From Armatimonadota bacterium (GTDB lineage Bacteria; Armatimonadota; UBA5829; DTLH01), in the NCBI GenBank assembly GCA_039680575.1, contig JBDKSP010000080.1:1-34372 (forward strand): DNA of 34,372 bases, in the 5' to 3' direction. The notes beneath the pieces were generated by a model. The model was not told the origin of the DNA, did not search any database, and saw nothing but the letters and a program-made list of their open reading frames with translations. Made by a program: the position numbers and the translations under genes. Shown in pieces: positions 11,806 through 22,209 of the stretch. Position 1 is the first letter of the stretch; the number at the start of each line of letters is the position of its first letter.

Positions 11806-12534
11806 ATGGCTTTCTCAAAAGAGCAAATGGCAAAAGTGATGGACTACACGCTGCTCAAGCCGACGGCGACCAGAGATGATGTGCTCAGATTCTGTGAACA
11901 GGCAAAAGAGCATCATTTCGCAACAGTTGTCGTGTTTCCGTTCTGGCTTCCGGTCGCAGCGCGTGAACTCTCAGGGACTGACGTAAAGGCTGCAACTGTA
12001 ATCGGCTTCCCATACGGCGCAAACGGCCGTGCGGTCAAGCTCTACGAGATGCGCGCGGCGGTAACGAACGGCGCATCCGAAATAGATGTCGTGATGAATA
12101 TATCCGCGCTTAAATCCGGCGAGATCAGTATAATAGAAAGAGAAATAACTGAATTGGTGGACACGACCAGAGCGCTTGGAATGACCGAAGATGCAAAACG
12201 CGTGCTCATCAAGATCATCATTGAGGCTTATTACCTTACCGATGATGAAAAACGGATCGCCTGCCAGATTATCCAGAATGCCGGCGCGGACTTCGTTAAG
12301 ACATCGACGGGAACCGCTCCCGGCGGCGCTACCATAGAGGACATACGCCTGATACGAGACGTTGTAGGTCCAAGTATGGGGGTAAAAGCCGCCGGAGGCA
12401 TAAGGACTCCCGCTCAGGCTGTAGCAATGCTCGATGCAGGCGCAAATAGGATCGGCACGAGCGCGGCAATCGATATAGTCGAAGCCTATCATCCCGAAGA
12501 CTTCATGCAGTCAGCCGAAAGACGCCGGAGGTAG
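11806..12534 (+). CDS. deoC: deoxyribose-phosphate aldolase
   Basis: DYTLLKP, TVIGFPYG, EIDVVMN, KIIIE, DFVKTSTG, GVKAAGGIRT, RIGTS. Confidence 0.93.
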   Translation: MAFSKEQMAKVMDYTLLKPTATRDDVLRFCEQAKEHHFATVVVFPFWLPVAARELSGTDVKAATVIGFPYGANGRAVKLYEMRAAVTNGASEIDVVMNISALKSGEISIIEREITELVDTTRALGMTEDAKRVLIKIIIEAYYLTDDEKRIACQIIQNAGADFVKTSTGTAPGGATIEDIRLIRDVVGPSMGVKAAGGIRTPAQAVAMLDAGANRIGTSAAIDIVEAYHPEDFMQSAERRRR

Positions 12535-12544
12535 CTTTTAGTTA

Positions 12545-13324
12545 ATGGAATCGCCAAGGACATATCGCGCGACTGCCATCGTGCTTCGACGCATCAATAT
12601 CGGAGAAACGGACAGGATAATTACGCTTTATACTCGAGAGAAGGGAAAGCTCTCCGCAGTTGCCAAAGGTGCAAGAAAGCATCTGAGCAAGCTTGCTGGT
12701 CCGACCGAAATGTTCACCTATGGCCGGTATTTTCTTGCAGCTGGACGAGACCTCGATATAATCACCCAGGCTGAGGCGAAAGAGTCCTTCCCCGCTATCC
12801 GCCGGGATCTTGACCGCATCGCGCATGCAACCTACATGGCCGAGATGATAAATGCCTTCGTCGAAGAACGTGATGCCAACTACGGGCTTTTCGACACACT
12901 GCTTTCCGCGCTTTACCTGCTGGAAGGGGAAATCGATCCGGAGATAGTCACGCGGTATTTTGAGCTCAAGCTGATGTCTATGCTGGGTTACCGGCCTGAA
13001 ATGGACCGGTGTTTGCGGTGTAATGCGGAACCCTCCGGCGATGGGATCGACTTCAGCCCATCACTCGGCGGGAGAGTCTGTGCGGAATGCGGGCCTATAC
13101 CGGACGACGCCATACATATTAGCGAGGAAGCAGCCCAGGCTATGCGCACACTGCTCACAGCCGAACCCAGGATGCTGAGAAACCTTGATTTTTCTGATGA
13201 AGTGCGGAAAGAGCTTTTCAGAGCGGTCCGATTGTATGTCCGCTATAGAACAGACCGCGACCTGAAAAGTTCTGATTTCATTCAGGCTTTATCGCTTATG
13301 GGAACACAAACCGAAGGCGAGTAA
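12545..13324 (+). CDS. recO: DNA repair protein RecO
   Basis: AIVLRR..GETDRIITLYTREKGKLSAVAKGARK, FELKLMSMLGYRP, zinc finger CLRC...CAEC. Confidence 0.93.
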   Translation: MESPRTYRATAIVLRRINIGETDRIITLYTREKGKLSAVAKGARKHLSKLAGPTEMFTYGRYFLAAGRDLDIITQAEAKESFPAIRRDLDRIAHATYMAEMINAFVEERDANYGLFDTLLSALYLLEGEIDPEIVTRYFELKLMSMLGYRPEMDRCLRCNAEPSGDGIDFSPSLGGRVCAECGPIPDDAIHISEEAAQAMRTLLTAEPRMLRNLDFSDEVRKELFRAVRLYVRYRTDRDLKSSDFIQALSLMGTQTEGE

Positions 13325-13382
13325 TAGCGGATAAAGTCGGTTTCTGTTGTTTTGGGACACTTTTGTAGACTGTCCGATCACT

Positions 13383-13416
13383 AAAAAGGGCGAAGGAGTT
13401 GATTTCCTTCGCCCTT
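13383..13416 (-). terminator. rho-independent terminator between convergent recO and hppA
   Basis: 12-bp stem AAGGGCGAAGGA/TCCTTCGCCCTT with an A-tract on the left, giving a U-tract on the minus strand. Confidence 0.8.
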
Positions 13417-13444
13417 AATCTTCGCTTAACTCTTTTGATATGGA

Positions 13445-15898
13445 TTAAGCGTTAACTTTTTCTCTCTCTTCCTTGCAGCAATTCGGGGACTTTGTCCCAC
13501 TGGTTGTGTCGACGTCGATTCCACCGCGTTTGCTCCACATGGTCGCACCAATAAGCGCAAGAGCAGCAGCCACAACAACTACCGTTCTTGTGGTTACTCC
13601 CAGCGATGGCTGTATGACTATCGGGGCCAGAAGAATCGCAACGAGGTTCATAACTTTGATGAGCGGGTTCAACGCAGGACCGGCCGTATCCTTGAAAGGA
13701 TCACCAACTGTGTCGCCCACGACTGTTGCCTTATGCTCTTCGGTACCTTTACCTCCGAACATACCGTCTTCGATCTTCTTCTTTGCGTTATCCCAAAGTC
13801 CACCAGCGTTCGAGAGCAGAACAGCCATCAGCTGGCCTGACAGGATCGAACCGGCAAGGAATCCACCGAGCGCGGCGGCACCCTTGAGCGGATCACCGTA
13901 TCCAAGACCAAAAGCTACAAATATTGGCGCTGTAACAGCCAAAACTGCAGGGCTCAGAAGCTCCCTTTGAGCAGCAGCGGTCGAGATAGCGACGCAGCGC
14001 TGATAGTCAGGCTTACCCTTTTCGGAACCGCTTCGAGGATCATAGTCCATAATGCCTTTGATCTCTCTGAACTGGCGGCGGACTTCCTCAACAAGCTGGA
14101 AGGCTGCGCGGTTGACCGCGTTTATTGCGAATGAACAGAACAGGAACGGCACCGCGCCTCCGATTAGAAGACCAATGAATACCTCAGTCCAATCGACTCT
14201 GATGCCAATATCAATCAACCCTGCATCAGCCATAAATGACCGGAAGAGCGATGTAGCCGCGATAACTGCTGTTGCAATCGCAAGACCTTTCGTGAGAGCC
14301 TTTGTGGTATTACCAACAGCGTCGAGCTTTGCTACGATCTTGTTGGCATTACTGTCTTCGCCCACATCCTTCAGCGCGCCGGACATCTCGAAGATCCCGT
14401 TTGCGTTATCGGAAATCGGTCCGTAGGTGTCCATTGCAAGCATGAAACCTGTGGTAGCGAGAAGTCCAAGACCGGAAAGAGCGATTCCGTATGCAGCCAT
14501 AGCTGCATTTCCTGGGAAGAGGAGCATCGCGGCAAGGATACTTGCACATATCGCGATTATTCCCCAAACGCTCGATTCAAGTCCTGAAGCAAACCCGCTC
14601 AAAATAACGGTAGCAGGACCGGTCTTAGCGGCCTTTGCAGCTTCCGTAACAGGCTTCTTGTCAATAGCTGTGAAGTGCTCGGTGATCTTGCCGATCACGA
14701 GCGCCAGGATGATACCGACGAGGTTTGCAGCCGCAAATCTCCACCACTCAAAGCCAGGAATCTGGACCTTATTGAAAATGTAATGGGAAACAGCAAAGAA
14801 TCCAACCGTTGCAAGGAGAGCCGATATATGGAAGCCCTTGTTGATCGGCTTCATCGGGTCCATGCTCATGTCGTCTTTGCCCTTTACTGCATAGATACCG
14901 ATAATGGACGCAATAACGCCTACGGCTCTAATGATAAGAGGATAAACGACCAGTGCAAGTCCTGCGGCGCCAAGATTGAGCATGTTGGCAGCAGCAGCGC
15001 CAAGAATAATCGCGGCAACCAGAGTGACTTCATAAGACTCGAATACGTCTGCAGCCATACCGGCGCAGTCACCAACGTTGTCACCAACGTTATCAGCAAT
15101 CGTAGCGGCATTTCGAGGATCGTCCTCAGGTATGCCCTGCTCGACTTTTCCGACTAGGTCAGCGCCTACGTCAGCAGCCTTCGTGTAGATACCGCCGCCG
15201 ATCCTCATGAAGAGAGCAGCTAGGCATCCACCAAAACCGAAACCAATAAGGACCTTCATCGACTGGTTGCCGAAGAGGAAGAATACTAAACATGCACCGA
15301 GAAGTCCGAGGCCTACTGTCGCCATACCGGAAACACCGCCGGCACGGAACGCAATATAGAGCGCCTTCTTGAAACTGCTCAATGCCGCGTTTGCAACACG
15401 GACGTTGGCTCTTACAGCCATCATCATACCGACATATCCGGCGAGGTAAGAAGCAGCTACACCGAGTACGAATGCAAGTGCGACGCCCAGATAAATCGGC
15501 ATTGCAACCCCTGGATACATGCCGAACCCGGGTACATTTCTATAAAGGAAGAACAGGCCGATAGCTATAACAATGACAAACCATATCATCGTCTTTACCT
15601 GACGCTTGAGGTATGCCTTAGCTCCTTCCTGAACGGCATGGGAAACCGAGACCATTCCCTTTGAGCCGGGGTCTTCCTTCATAATCCTCAAAAACCATAA
15701 AAGACCAAAGACCAATCCGAAGATAGCGCATCCAAACACTATCCATATTGACGGCCACATCATATCGAGCTCACTAAAATTGGGAAGCTCGATAGCTTCG
15801 CTGGCCCACGACACGCCTGGCAGCGCCAGGAGCGCGAGCGCGCTCATCCCGATAATCATCGAGAGGCGTTTAGCCAGCCCTTTTCGTGCAGTTCGCAA
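13445..15898 (-). CDS. hppA: membrane-bound proton-translocating pyrophosphatase, K+-independent type
   Basis: GGGIYTKAADVGADLVGKVE, EDDPRN, DNVGDNVGD, DTYGPISDNANG, DAVGNTTKA, GGLWDNAKK, GDTVGDPFKDTAGP; TTG start with SD AGGAGG. Confidence 0.96.
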   Translation of the reverse strand: MRTARKGLAKRLSMIIGMSALALLALPGVSWASEAIELPNFSELDMMWPSIWIVFGCAIFGLVFGLLWFLRIMKEDPGSKGMVSVSHAVQEGAKAYLKRQVKTMIWFVIVIAIGLFFLYRNVPGFGMYPGVAMPIYLGVALAFVLGVAASYLAGYVGMMMAVRANVRVANAALSSFKKALYIAFRAGGVSGMATVGLGLLGACLVFFLFGNQSMKVLIGFGFGGCLAALFMRIGGGIYTKAADVGADLVGKVEQGIPEDDPRNAATIADNVGDNVGDCAGMAADVFESYEVTLVAAIILGAAAANMLNLGAAGLALVVYPLIIRAVGVIASIIGIYAVKGKDDMSMDPMKPINKGFHISALLATVGFFAVSHYIFNKVQIPGFEWWRFAAANLVGIILALVIGKITEHFTAIDKKPVTEAAKAAKTGPATVILSGFASGLESSVWGIIAICASILAAMLLFPGNAAMAAYGIALSGLGLLATTGFMLAMDTYGPISDNANGIFEMSGALKDVGEDSNANKIVAKLDAVGNTTKALTKGLAIATAVIAATSLFRSFMADAGLIDIGIRVDWTEVFIGLLIGGAVPFLFCSFAINAVNRAAFQLVEEVRRQFREIKGIMDYDPRSGSEKGKPDYQRCVAISTAAAQRELLSPAVLAVTAPIFVAFGLGYGDPLKGAAALGGFLAGSILSGQLMAVLLSNAGGLWDNAKKKIEDGMFGGKGTEEHKATVVGDTVGDPFKDTAGPALNPLIKVMNLVAILLAPIVIQPSLGVTTRTVVVVAAALALIGATMWSKRGGIDVDTTSGTKSPNCCKEEREKVNA

Positions 15899-16162
15899 CG
15901 TTAACCTCCTCTAGATACTCGCGGCCATCAATGGCCACACGAATAAAATGCCGCGCGTTATTTGGAGCAACGCTGCGGCAACATAGCGAATCATTCGCTT
16001 ATAAACCAACGAGATTATATGCCTCCGTGACTGTTTATGTCAATCCTGACCTACTCGAAACAAGGGCTAGGTGTTCGTGTCTGGTATAGATATCTTTCTA
16101 TTCATCGCATAAGAAGGTTTTTTGCAAATAAGATCGAAGTCTTTACTGTGAAAGGAGTCAAT

Positions 16163-17104
16163 ATGGAGAAATTATCATATAATGGCTGGCCTAACTGCAT
16201 CAGGATGTCCAGCGGCAGTGTTGAGCTTATAATCACGACCGATGTAGGACCGAGAATTATCCGATACGGGTTTGTTGGTCAGGAAAACGAGCTTTACGAG
16301 TTTTCGGATCAAGCCGGAAAGACAGGCGGAAATGAGTTCAGGCTGTACGGCGGACACCGGCTTTGGCTTGCACCCGAGAGGAAAGACCTTACTTATTTTC
16401 CGGATAACTCCACCGTAGATTACGAAACGGATAGTAACACACTGCGGTTGATTCCGGGTATCGAGAGCACTACAGGCATTCAAAAAGAGCTGCTCATTAC
16501 ACTTGACCAGAATGACAGCAGCGTCAAAATAGTGCATAAAGTTACCAACCGATCCAGCCACAGCATCGAGCTGGCTCCGTGGGCTCTCTCTATGATGACG
16601 CCGGGCGGTTTCGGAATTATTCCGCAGGAGCCGTATTCACCGCATCCCGACATACCCGATTATCCCGGCCAGGTCATTGATCCCAAATACTATCTGCCTG
16701 TCCGAACGATGGTCCTGTGGTCATATACCGATCTGAGCGACCACCGGCTGCGGTTCATGCCTAAGTACATCACACTCCGGCAGGACAAAAACACCGCGCT
16801 GGCGATTAAGCTGGGACTAAGCAACTCTCTGAGATGGGCCGCCTATGCCAGAAACAGGCATTTATTCATCAAGACGTTCTCATACGACCCAAAAGTAGCC
16901 TACCCGGACAACGGATGCAATTTCGAGATATTCACCGATAGCAAATTCATGGAAATTGAGAGTCTTGGCCCACTCAGGGCGCTGCCTGCCGGTCAGAGCA
17001 TAATTCATGAGGAAACATGGTCCCTTTTCGACCATGTTGATGTTGACCCAACAGAAGAAAGCATCGACGCAAACGTGCTCCCCAAGGTTTTTGCCAATTT
17101 ATGA
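16163..17104 (+). CDS. hypothetical protein, DUF4380 / galactose-mutarotase-like beta-sandwich
   Basis: ATG 16163 after AAAGGAG; DVGPRIIRY, YGGHRLWLAPE, APWALSMM, YPDNGCNFE, EIESLGPL, HEETW. Confidence 0.7.
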   Translation: MEKLSYNGWPNCIRMSSGSVELIITTDVGPRIIRYGFVGQENELYEFSDQAGKTGGNEFRLYGGHRLWLAPERKDLTYFPDNSTVDYETDSNTLRLIPGIESTTGIQKELLITLDQNDSSVKIVHKVTNRSSHSIELAPWALSMMTPGGFGIIPQEPYSPHPDIPDYPGQVIDPKYYLPVRTMVLWSYTDLSDHRLRFMPKYITLRQDKNTALAIKLGLSNSLRWAAYARNRHLFIKTFSYDPKVAYPDNGCNFEIFTDSKFMEIESLGPLRALPAGQSIIHEETWSLFDHVDVDPTEESIDANVLPKVFANL

Positions 17105-17205
17105 GAGCGAACGCTACAATAACTGAGTTTTGAAACGTCTATTATTTATGGGCAGGTTATTGCCCTACCTAACTTGTCGCTGTTGAAAGGAGACGTATAC
17201 TGAGC

Positions 17206-18192
17206 ATGTCACGCAGAAATATCTACTCATACATCCTGGCCTTCTTTTTCGTCACACTTTTCTTTGCAATATCTTCAACCTGCGCCAGATCGGCAGGGTT
17301 GACAGAGGACAAACAACCAATATGGTCGCCGGATGGAAAGAGGATCGCATTCGTCTCCAACAGGCTTTTACCCGAAAATGCACCTGATGGTTCTTCCAAT
17401 ATATGGGTGGTCGATGTAGACGGCAGCAATATGCAGCAGATCACGTATCAGGGGTCCAATCAATTCCCATCGTGGTCGCCGGATGGACAAAAGATCATCT
17501 TCCAGAGCGGGAAATCGATATGGCAGGTAGATGTCGACACCAAGAAGTTCATGCAACTTGCGGGTGGAACCAGAGGCTGGTATGCCCCTGATTGGCATCC
17601 TAAGAACCCGGGAAAAGTGGTCTGCGCTTACCAGACACAGGTCAGCAACGATAACGACCTTGCAGTCATAAACCCCATGACTATCCTTACACGTGAATCG
17701 GGCACTCAGACGGTTCGTGACAGGCCCGGCAGCGATGATATGCCCCGTTGGTCAAAGGACGGTACGAGAATTGCGTTCATCGGCAGAAAAACAGATGCTG
17801 CCGGAACCGATAACTTCTACCTTATGACGACCAACCCGGATGGAACAACACTGAAGACACACTGCAGACTCGATAAACCGAGCGGGCGACCATCCTGGTT
17901 TTATTCAGGTGATTCGATTGTCCTCGATAATGGTGTAGTTTGTGACCTCGCCAGTGGAAAGACGCGTAACTTATTCGAGGACAAGATAAGTGACCCTGAT
18001 ATCTCCCCGGATGGCCGTATAGCAGCCTACAGTCAGACGATAGATGGCGTCGGGCGTCTGTTATTTACCCGCAAGCTGAGCGGTGAGGATAAAAAGCAGA
18101 TAACGACATCGCCGTCCGAACCGGCCAAGCCAGCCGAACCCGCAAAACCGGTTGAGCCGGCTGTGAAAGACTGGGAGTTCACCACCGGTTAG
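17206..18192 (+). CDS. exported TolB-like beta-propeller protein (PD40 repeats)
   Basis: Signal peptide; repeats PIWSPDGKRIAF, PSWSPDGQKIIF, PRWSKDGTRIAF, PDISPDGR; Pro-rich tail PSEPAKPAEPAKPVEPA; SD AAAGGAG. Confidence 0.85.
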   Translation: MSRRNIYSYILAFFFVTLFFAISSTCARSAGLTEDKQPIWSPDGKRIAFVSNRLLPENAPDGSSNIWVVDVDGSNMQQITYQGSNQFPSWSPDGQKIIFQSGKSIWQVDVDTKKFMQLAGGTRGWYAPDWHPKNPGKVVCAYQTQVSNDNDLAVINPMTILTRESGTQTVRDRPGSDDMPRWSKDGTRIAFIGRKTDAAGTDNFYLMTTNPDGTTLKTHCRLDKPSGRPSWFYSGDSIVLDNGVVCDLASGKTRNLFEDKISDPDISPDGRIAAYSQTIDGVGRLLFTRKLSGEDKKQITTSPSEPAKPAEPAKPVEPAVKDWEFTTG

Positions 18193-18240
18193 CGGAAAAC
18201 AAAAAAAACGATAGAGGTTTTTTGCTATCAGAGTGTTGAA

Positions 18241-18433
18241 TCGCGAAATGCGCGAAGAAGCACGAAAGACGCGAAAGGGGATTGGTGGAGACTCGTAGCT
18301 TCTCTCCTTGCGGGAGAAGGTTGGGATGAGGGGTTGCTGCAAGTCTGTAGAATCTAGCATTGCTTCGGTGGCAAGCAAACCGAAGCAAATTAGTGGAGAC
18401 TCGTGCTTCGGGACGAAATGCGGTCCCGAAGCA
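18241..18433. repeat. mosaic of short palindromic extragenic repeats
   Basis: CGCGAA/CACGAAA iterations (18242-18276); direct repeat ATT(G/A)GTGGAGACTCGT at 18281 and 18389; CTCC-TTGC-GGGAGAAGGTTGGGATGAGGGG unit; two hairpins sharing TGCTTCGG...CCGAAGCA (18360-18388, 18404-18433). Confidence 0.6.
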
Positions 18434-18469
18434 TATGAATAAATGCTGTAAATCTCCACCTTCTGCGGT

Positions 18470-19672
18470 TCAAAAGCTGACATCTGACGACTGACTGCTG
18501 TCCCCTATCTCCCGCAAAAAGCTCTTTCCGTTTTTCATAGGCGGCAAGGAAAGGGCTTCGGCAACGGTTACAGCGACATCCGAGAAGGTTTCCCTCACTC
18601 CCAGGTCGATACCTGTGTTAAGCCCCGGACCAAGGACGATCAGCGGGACGTACTCACGGCTGTGGTCAGTGCTCGGTGTAGTAGGATCGCAGCCATGATC
18701 AGCTGTCATGATTAACAGATCCCCCTTTTCAAGCGCTGTAAGCAGCCTCGGAATCTCCAGATCGAACGCTTCGAGTGCCGCGGCATATCCTTCGGGATCA
18801 TTCCTGTGGCCATAGCGCATGTCGAAATCGACCAGGTTCGTGAATATAAGCGTACTGGTGCGAGACTCGACTGCATGGATCGTTTCTTCGGTTATATCGG
18901 CATTCCCGGCTGCATGAATAGCGCGCGTCACACCACGCCCGGCGAAGATATCCTCTATCTTCCCGATTCCCAGCACTTCCCCACCCTCCTTCTCGACAAA
19001 ATCGAGAAGTGTCTCTTCCAGCGGAGGCAGCGAGAAATCTCTGCGGCGCGGCGTCCTCGAAAAACTACCCGGCTTACCGGCAAAAGGCCTTGCTATGACC
19101 CTTGCAACGGCGTGAGGACCGGTCAGAATGCGTCTGGCAATCATACACCAACGGTACAGCTCATCTACTGGTACGATGTCCTCATGCGTTGCAATCTGAA
19201 ACACGCTGTCTGCTGATGTATAGACTATCGGCCTTCCTGTTTTCAGATGCTCCGCGCCCAGCCGCTCTATTATCTCCGTTCCGGAGGCCGGAATGTTGCC
19301 GAGCGCCTTCCTGCCTGTCTCTTTCTCGAACTGGTCGAGAACATCCTGTGGAAAACCGTTCGGATAGATCGGAAACGGCTGGCGTGTGATGATCCCGGCC
19401 AGTTCCCAATGGCCAATAGTCGTGTCTTTCCCGGCGGAGCGTTCAGCCATTTTGCCATAGCAAGCCAGCGGATGAGAGACAGCAGACACTCCGTCTACCT
19501 TGATGATATTGCCGAGCCCCAACCGCTCAAGGTTCGGCAGGTTCAGGCCTCCTACTGCTGATGCTATATGTCCGAGCGTGTTGCTTCCGGCGTCGCCATA
19601 GTTCGCGGCATCCGGCAGTTCCCCTACCCCGAGTGAATCGAGGACTATGATTATAGCGCGGGATATTTTCAT
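18470..19672 (-). CDS. deoB: phosphopentomutase
   Basis: [77 protein letters not shown]. Confidence 0.96.
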   Translation of the reverse strand: MKISRAIIIVLDSLGVGELPDAANYGDAGSNTLGHIASAVGGLNLPNLERLGLGNIIKVDGVSAVSHPLACYGKMAERSAGKDTTIGHWELAGIITRQPFPIYPNGFPQDVLDQFEKETGRKALGNIPASGTEIIERLGAEHLKTGRPIVYTSADSVFQIATHEDIVPVDELYRWCMIARRILTGPHAVARVIARPFAGKPGSFSRTPRRRDFSLPPLEETLLDFVEKEGGEVLGIGKIEDIFAGRGVTRAIHAAGNADITEETIHAVESRTSTLIFTNLVDFDMRYGHRNDPEGYAAALEAFDLEIPRLLTALEKGDLLIMTADHGCDPTTPSTDHSREYVPLIVLGPGLNTGIDLGVRETFSDVAVTVAEALSLPPMKNGKSFLREIGDSSQSSDVSF

Positions 19673-19675
19673 ATA

Positions 19676-20566
19676 CTATGCCCTCGGGTGCGATTTTCTA
19701 TAGACTTCACGCAGGTGTTCGCGCGTGACATGAGTGTAGACCTGAGTCGTTGCAATATCTGCATGCCCCAGCATCTCCTGTATCGACCTTATGTCCGCGC
19801 CATGCTCCAGGAGATGCGTCGCAAATGAATGCCTGAGCACGTGAGGAGTTATCTGCTTGGTTATACCTGCGGATTTCGCGTATTTTTTGACGATCTTCCA
19901 AAAACCGACTCTTGTCATGGGACCGCCGAGGCGCGTGATAAACAGATACTCGTTCCTCAAACCTTTTGCGAATATCGGGCGGCTCTCGTTCAGATAACGG
20001 CGGATCATCCCGACGGCTATATCGCCTATCGGCACAACCCGCTCCTTGGAGCCTTTTCCAACGCATCTCACGAACCCTACGCCCAGGTTCACATCATTCG
20101 TGAGCAGGTTTACGAGTTCGGATACTCTGAGCCCCGTCGCGTACATCGTCTCGAGCATCGCCCGGTCTCTTATTCCGTTGGGCTCGGACAGGTCCGGTTG
20201 GCTCAAGAGCCTCACGATATCGTCTTCAGTAAGTATCTTTGGAAGCGGTTTTGCCGGGCGAGGATTCTCGATAGCGCTTGCGGGATCGCCTGAAATATCA
20301 CCCTCGCGCTGAAGAAACTTGAGGAACGTCCTAAGAGCAGCGAATTTCCTCTCCACGCTAGATGCCGCGTACTTCTCGCGCCGGAGTCTTGCGATAAACT
20401 TGGTAATGAGTTCTTCATGGATGCCTTTAACGGTATCTACACCCATTTCGTCCGAATATGCGGCAAATTGGGCGACATCCAGCGCATAGGAAGCTATGGT
20501 ATTCTTCGAAAGGCCGCGCTCGACCATTAGATAATCGAGAAATTTTTGAATATGAGCATCCATCAT
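19676..20566 (-). CDS. xerD: site-specific tyrosine recombinase XerD
   Basis: ERGLSKNT, RDRAMLETMYATGLRVSEL, GKGSKERVVP, PHVLRHSFATHLL, QEMLGHADIATTQVYTHV; xerD-deoB adjacency as in Firmicutes. Confidence 0.92.
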   Translation of the reverse strand: MMDAHIQKFLDYLMVERGLSKNTIASYALDVAQFAAYSDEMGVDTVKGIHEELITKFIARLRREKYAASSVERKFAALRTFLKFLQREGDISGDPASAIENPRPAKPLPKILTEDDIVRLLSQPDLSEPNGIRDRAMLETMYATGLRVSELVNLLTNDVNLGVGFVRCVGKGSKERVVPIGDIAVGMIRRYLNESRPIFAKGLRNEYLFITRLGGPMTRVGFWKIVKKYAKSAGITKQITPHVLRHSFATHLLEHGADIRSIQEMLGHADIATTQVYTHVTREHLREVYRKSHPRA

Positions 20567-22200
20567 ATTTTCCGGTAGATTTTTATCGTCGGCGACATAT
20601 ACTTCAGGTCATGCGGCAGATGCTCTGTCGAGCCGAAAGAGATATTAAAGGCCTTCAGGTCCTTTTTGAACACCGCAACTTCCTTATAAGACCTGTTCAG
20701 TCTGTCCATAAACTTCATGGCGCTTGGAATCCGCAGCCTGCCGGCATCTTCATACTCGAAATCGGTCATTACGATGTATTCCGGCATTTTCCCGCTCACG
20801 ATCGACGGGTCCCATTCCTGACCCGGATCGGGGTTAACCTTGATACTGTAGCGCGAGTCAACCGTCCCCTGGAACCGGTCGCTGTGATTTATAGCCGTAG
20901 AGTCCGGCGAGATCGGCGGAGTATAAAACCACGGCACGGTCGGAAGGCCGATTGTAGATGACGGCTTAACGTTATCATTGAACCACTGAGCAGCCTGTGT
21001 TCTCGTGTCAGGTGCAAGGAACAACCGGTCTAGAGATATCGCATAGATGCAGGTATGACCTATTACCGCGGCGCATATACCGACCCAGACCCACCTGAGC
21101 AAAGCCGTTCCCTGATCCTTCGCCACCTGGTAGACTTCCACTATCATACGGCCGGCGAGTATCGCAACAGGCGGAAGTATCAGGATCATATAACGGGCAA
21201 ACCTTACTTCCGACAGTGAGATCATCGTGTAGTAAGGGACAACGAACGACAGTATAAGCCAATCAGCAGGTTTCCGCCGGACCATAGCCAATGCGACTGC
21301 AGCAAGGACCACCACAAGCAGGAATACCCCGAGTCCGTAGCCAAGCGAGTTGACTAAAATATCGAACCAACCCGGACCTTTTCCCTGGAACACAAGTCCA
21401 TGCCCGCTTCCCGCATGCCTCAGCTCATAGATAAACCCTTCGACGAACCGCCCCGGACGAATAAAGACCGCCGGAGTAGAGATAAAGAACCCTAGCAGGA
21501 ACGAGGGTCCTGCCGTCCAAAACTTTGAGTCTCTTATCCGCTTCAGGAATGGGACCTTGCCTTCTCTCAAAAAATGAGCCAGGAGGACCGGAATGAACAC
21601 AACTGCCGCATTATACTTTGTCCCTGCGGCAATGCCAGATGCGACTCCTGCCGCGATATACCATTTCAGAGCCGGTTTTGTGATAATCATCGCTGCAGTA
21701 AGCAGCGTTACAGCCACCCAGAATGCGGCGGGGACGTCCACCGTTGCAAAATGCGAGTGGACGATGTGAAGCGGGATGATGGCCATAATCAAAGCAGCCA
21801 ACACGCCTGCCGCGCGGCCGTAAAGCCGGCTTGCGGCACCGTAAACAACTGAAACTGTCAGCGCGCCGAGAAGAACAACTGTAATCCTGGCAATCAGATA
21901 AACACTGATAAGCGATTTGTCTATTGTTATCCCGTAATATGGTGCGGTATGAACCGCCAGCGCGCCGAGGTTCATATATCCTGATGGGTAATTATAGAAC
22001 CCTGGGTCGAGTTGAAACGAGAACGGATCTATCCTCAACATCGCGCCTATCTGGAAGACTTCATCCGGATGGTACGTAAATTGATGGAAAGCATCAGGCA
22101 AACCCCAATGGATACCGCATATACGGAATGCGAATGCAGCAATTGTGATGAAAGCGACTGCGGCGGCCACCCAAAACTGCGCGACAGGCTGTTTCTTCAT
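20563..22200 (-). CDS. GT-C fold membrane glycosyltransferase (ArnT/PMT_2, GT39/83-like)
   Basis: Polytopic membrane protein with HPDE after TM1, FYNYPS, HSHFATVD, GTKYNA, FARY, and a soluble C-terminal domain. Confidence 0.8.
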   Translation of the reverse strand: MKKQPVAQFWVAAAVAFITIAAFAFRICGIHWGLPDAFHQFTYHPDEVFQIGAMLRIDPFSFQLDPGFYNYPSGYMNLGALAVHTAPYYGITIDKSLISVYLIARITVVLLGALTVSVVYGAASRLYGRAAGVLAALIMAIIPLHIVHSHFATVDVPAAFWVAVTLLTAAMIITKPALKWYIAAGVASGIAAGTKYNAAVVFIPVLLAHFLREGKVPFLKRIRDSKFWTAGPSFLLGFFISTPAVFIRPGRFVEGFIYELRHAGSGHGLVFQGKGPGWFDILVNSLGYGLGVFLLVVVLAAVALAMVRRKPADWLILSFVVPYYTMISLSEVRFARYMILILPPVAILAGRMIVEVYQVAKDQGTALLRWVWVGICAAVIGHTCIYAISLDRLFLAPDTRTQAAQWFNDNVKPSSTIGLPTVPWFYTPPISPDSTAINHSDRFQGTVDSRYSIKVNPDPGQEWDPSIVSGKMPEYIVMTDFEYEDAGRLRIPSAMKFMDRLNRSYKEVAVFKKDLKAFNISFGSTEHLPHDLKYMSPTIKIYRKI

Positions 22201-22209
22201 TAGTCCTGG

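Noticed and set aside
18241..18433. CRISPR array
   Set aside because: Only two short direct repeats, irregular spacing, no cas genes.
19676..20566. Recombinase as a prophage/integron integrase or the invertase of the 14-bp repeat
   Set aside because: Canonical XerD motifs and xerD-deoB synteny; no IntI-specific insertion, att sites or phage genes. A role in inversion is unsupported.
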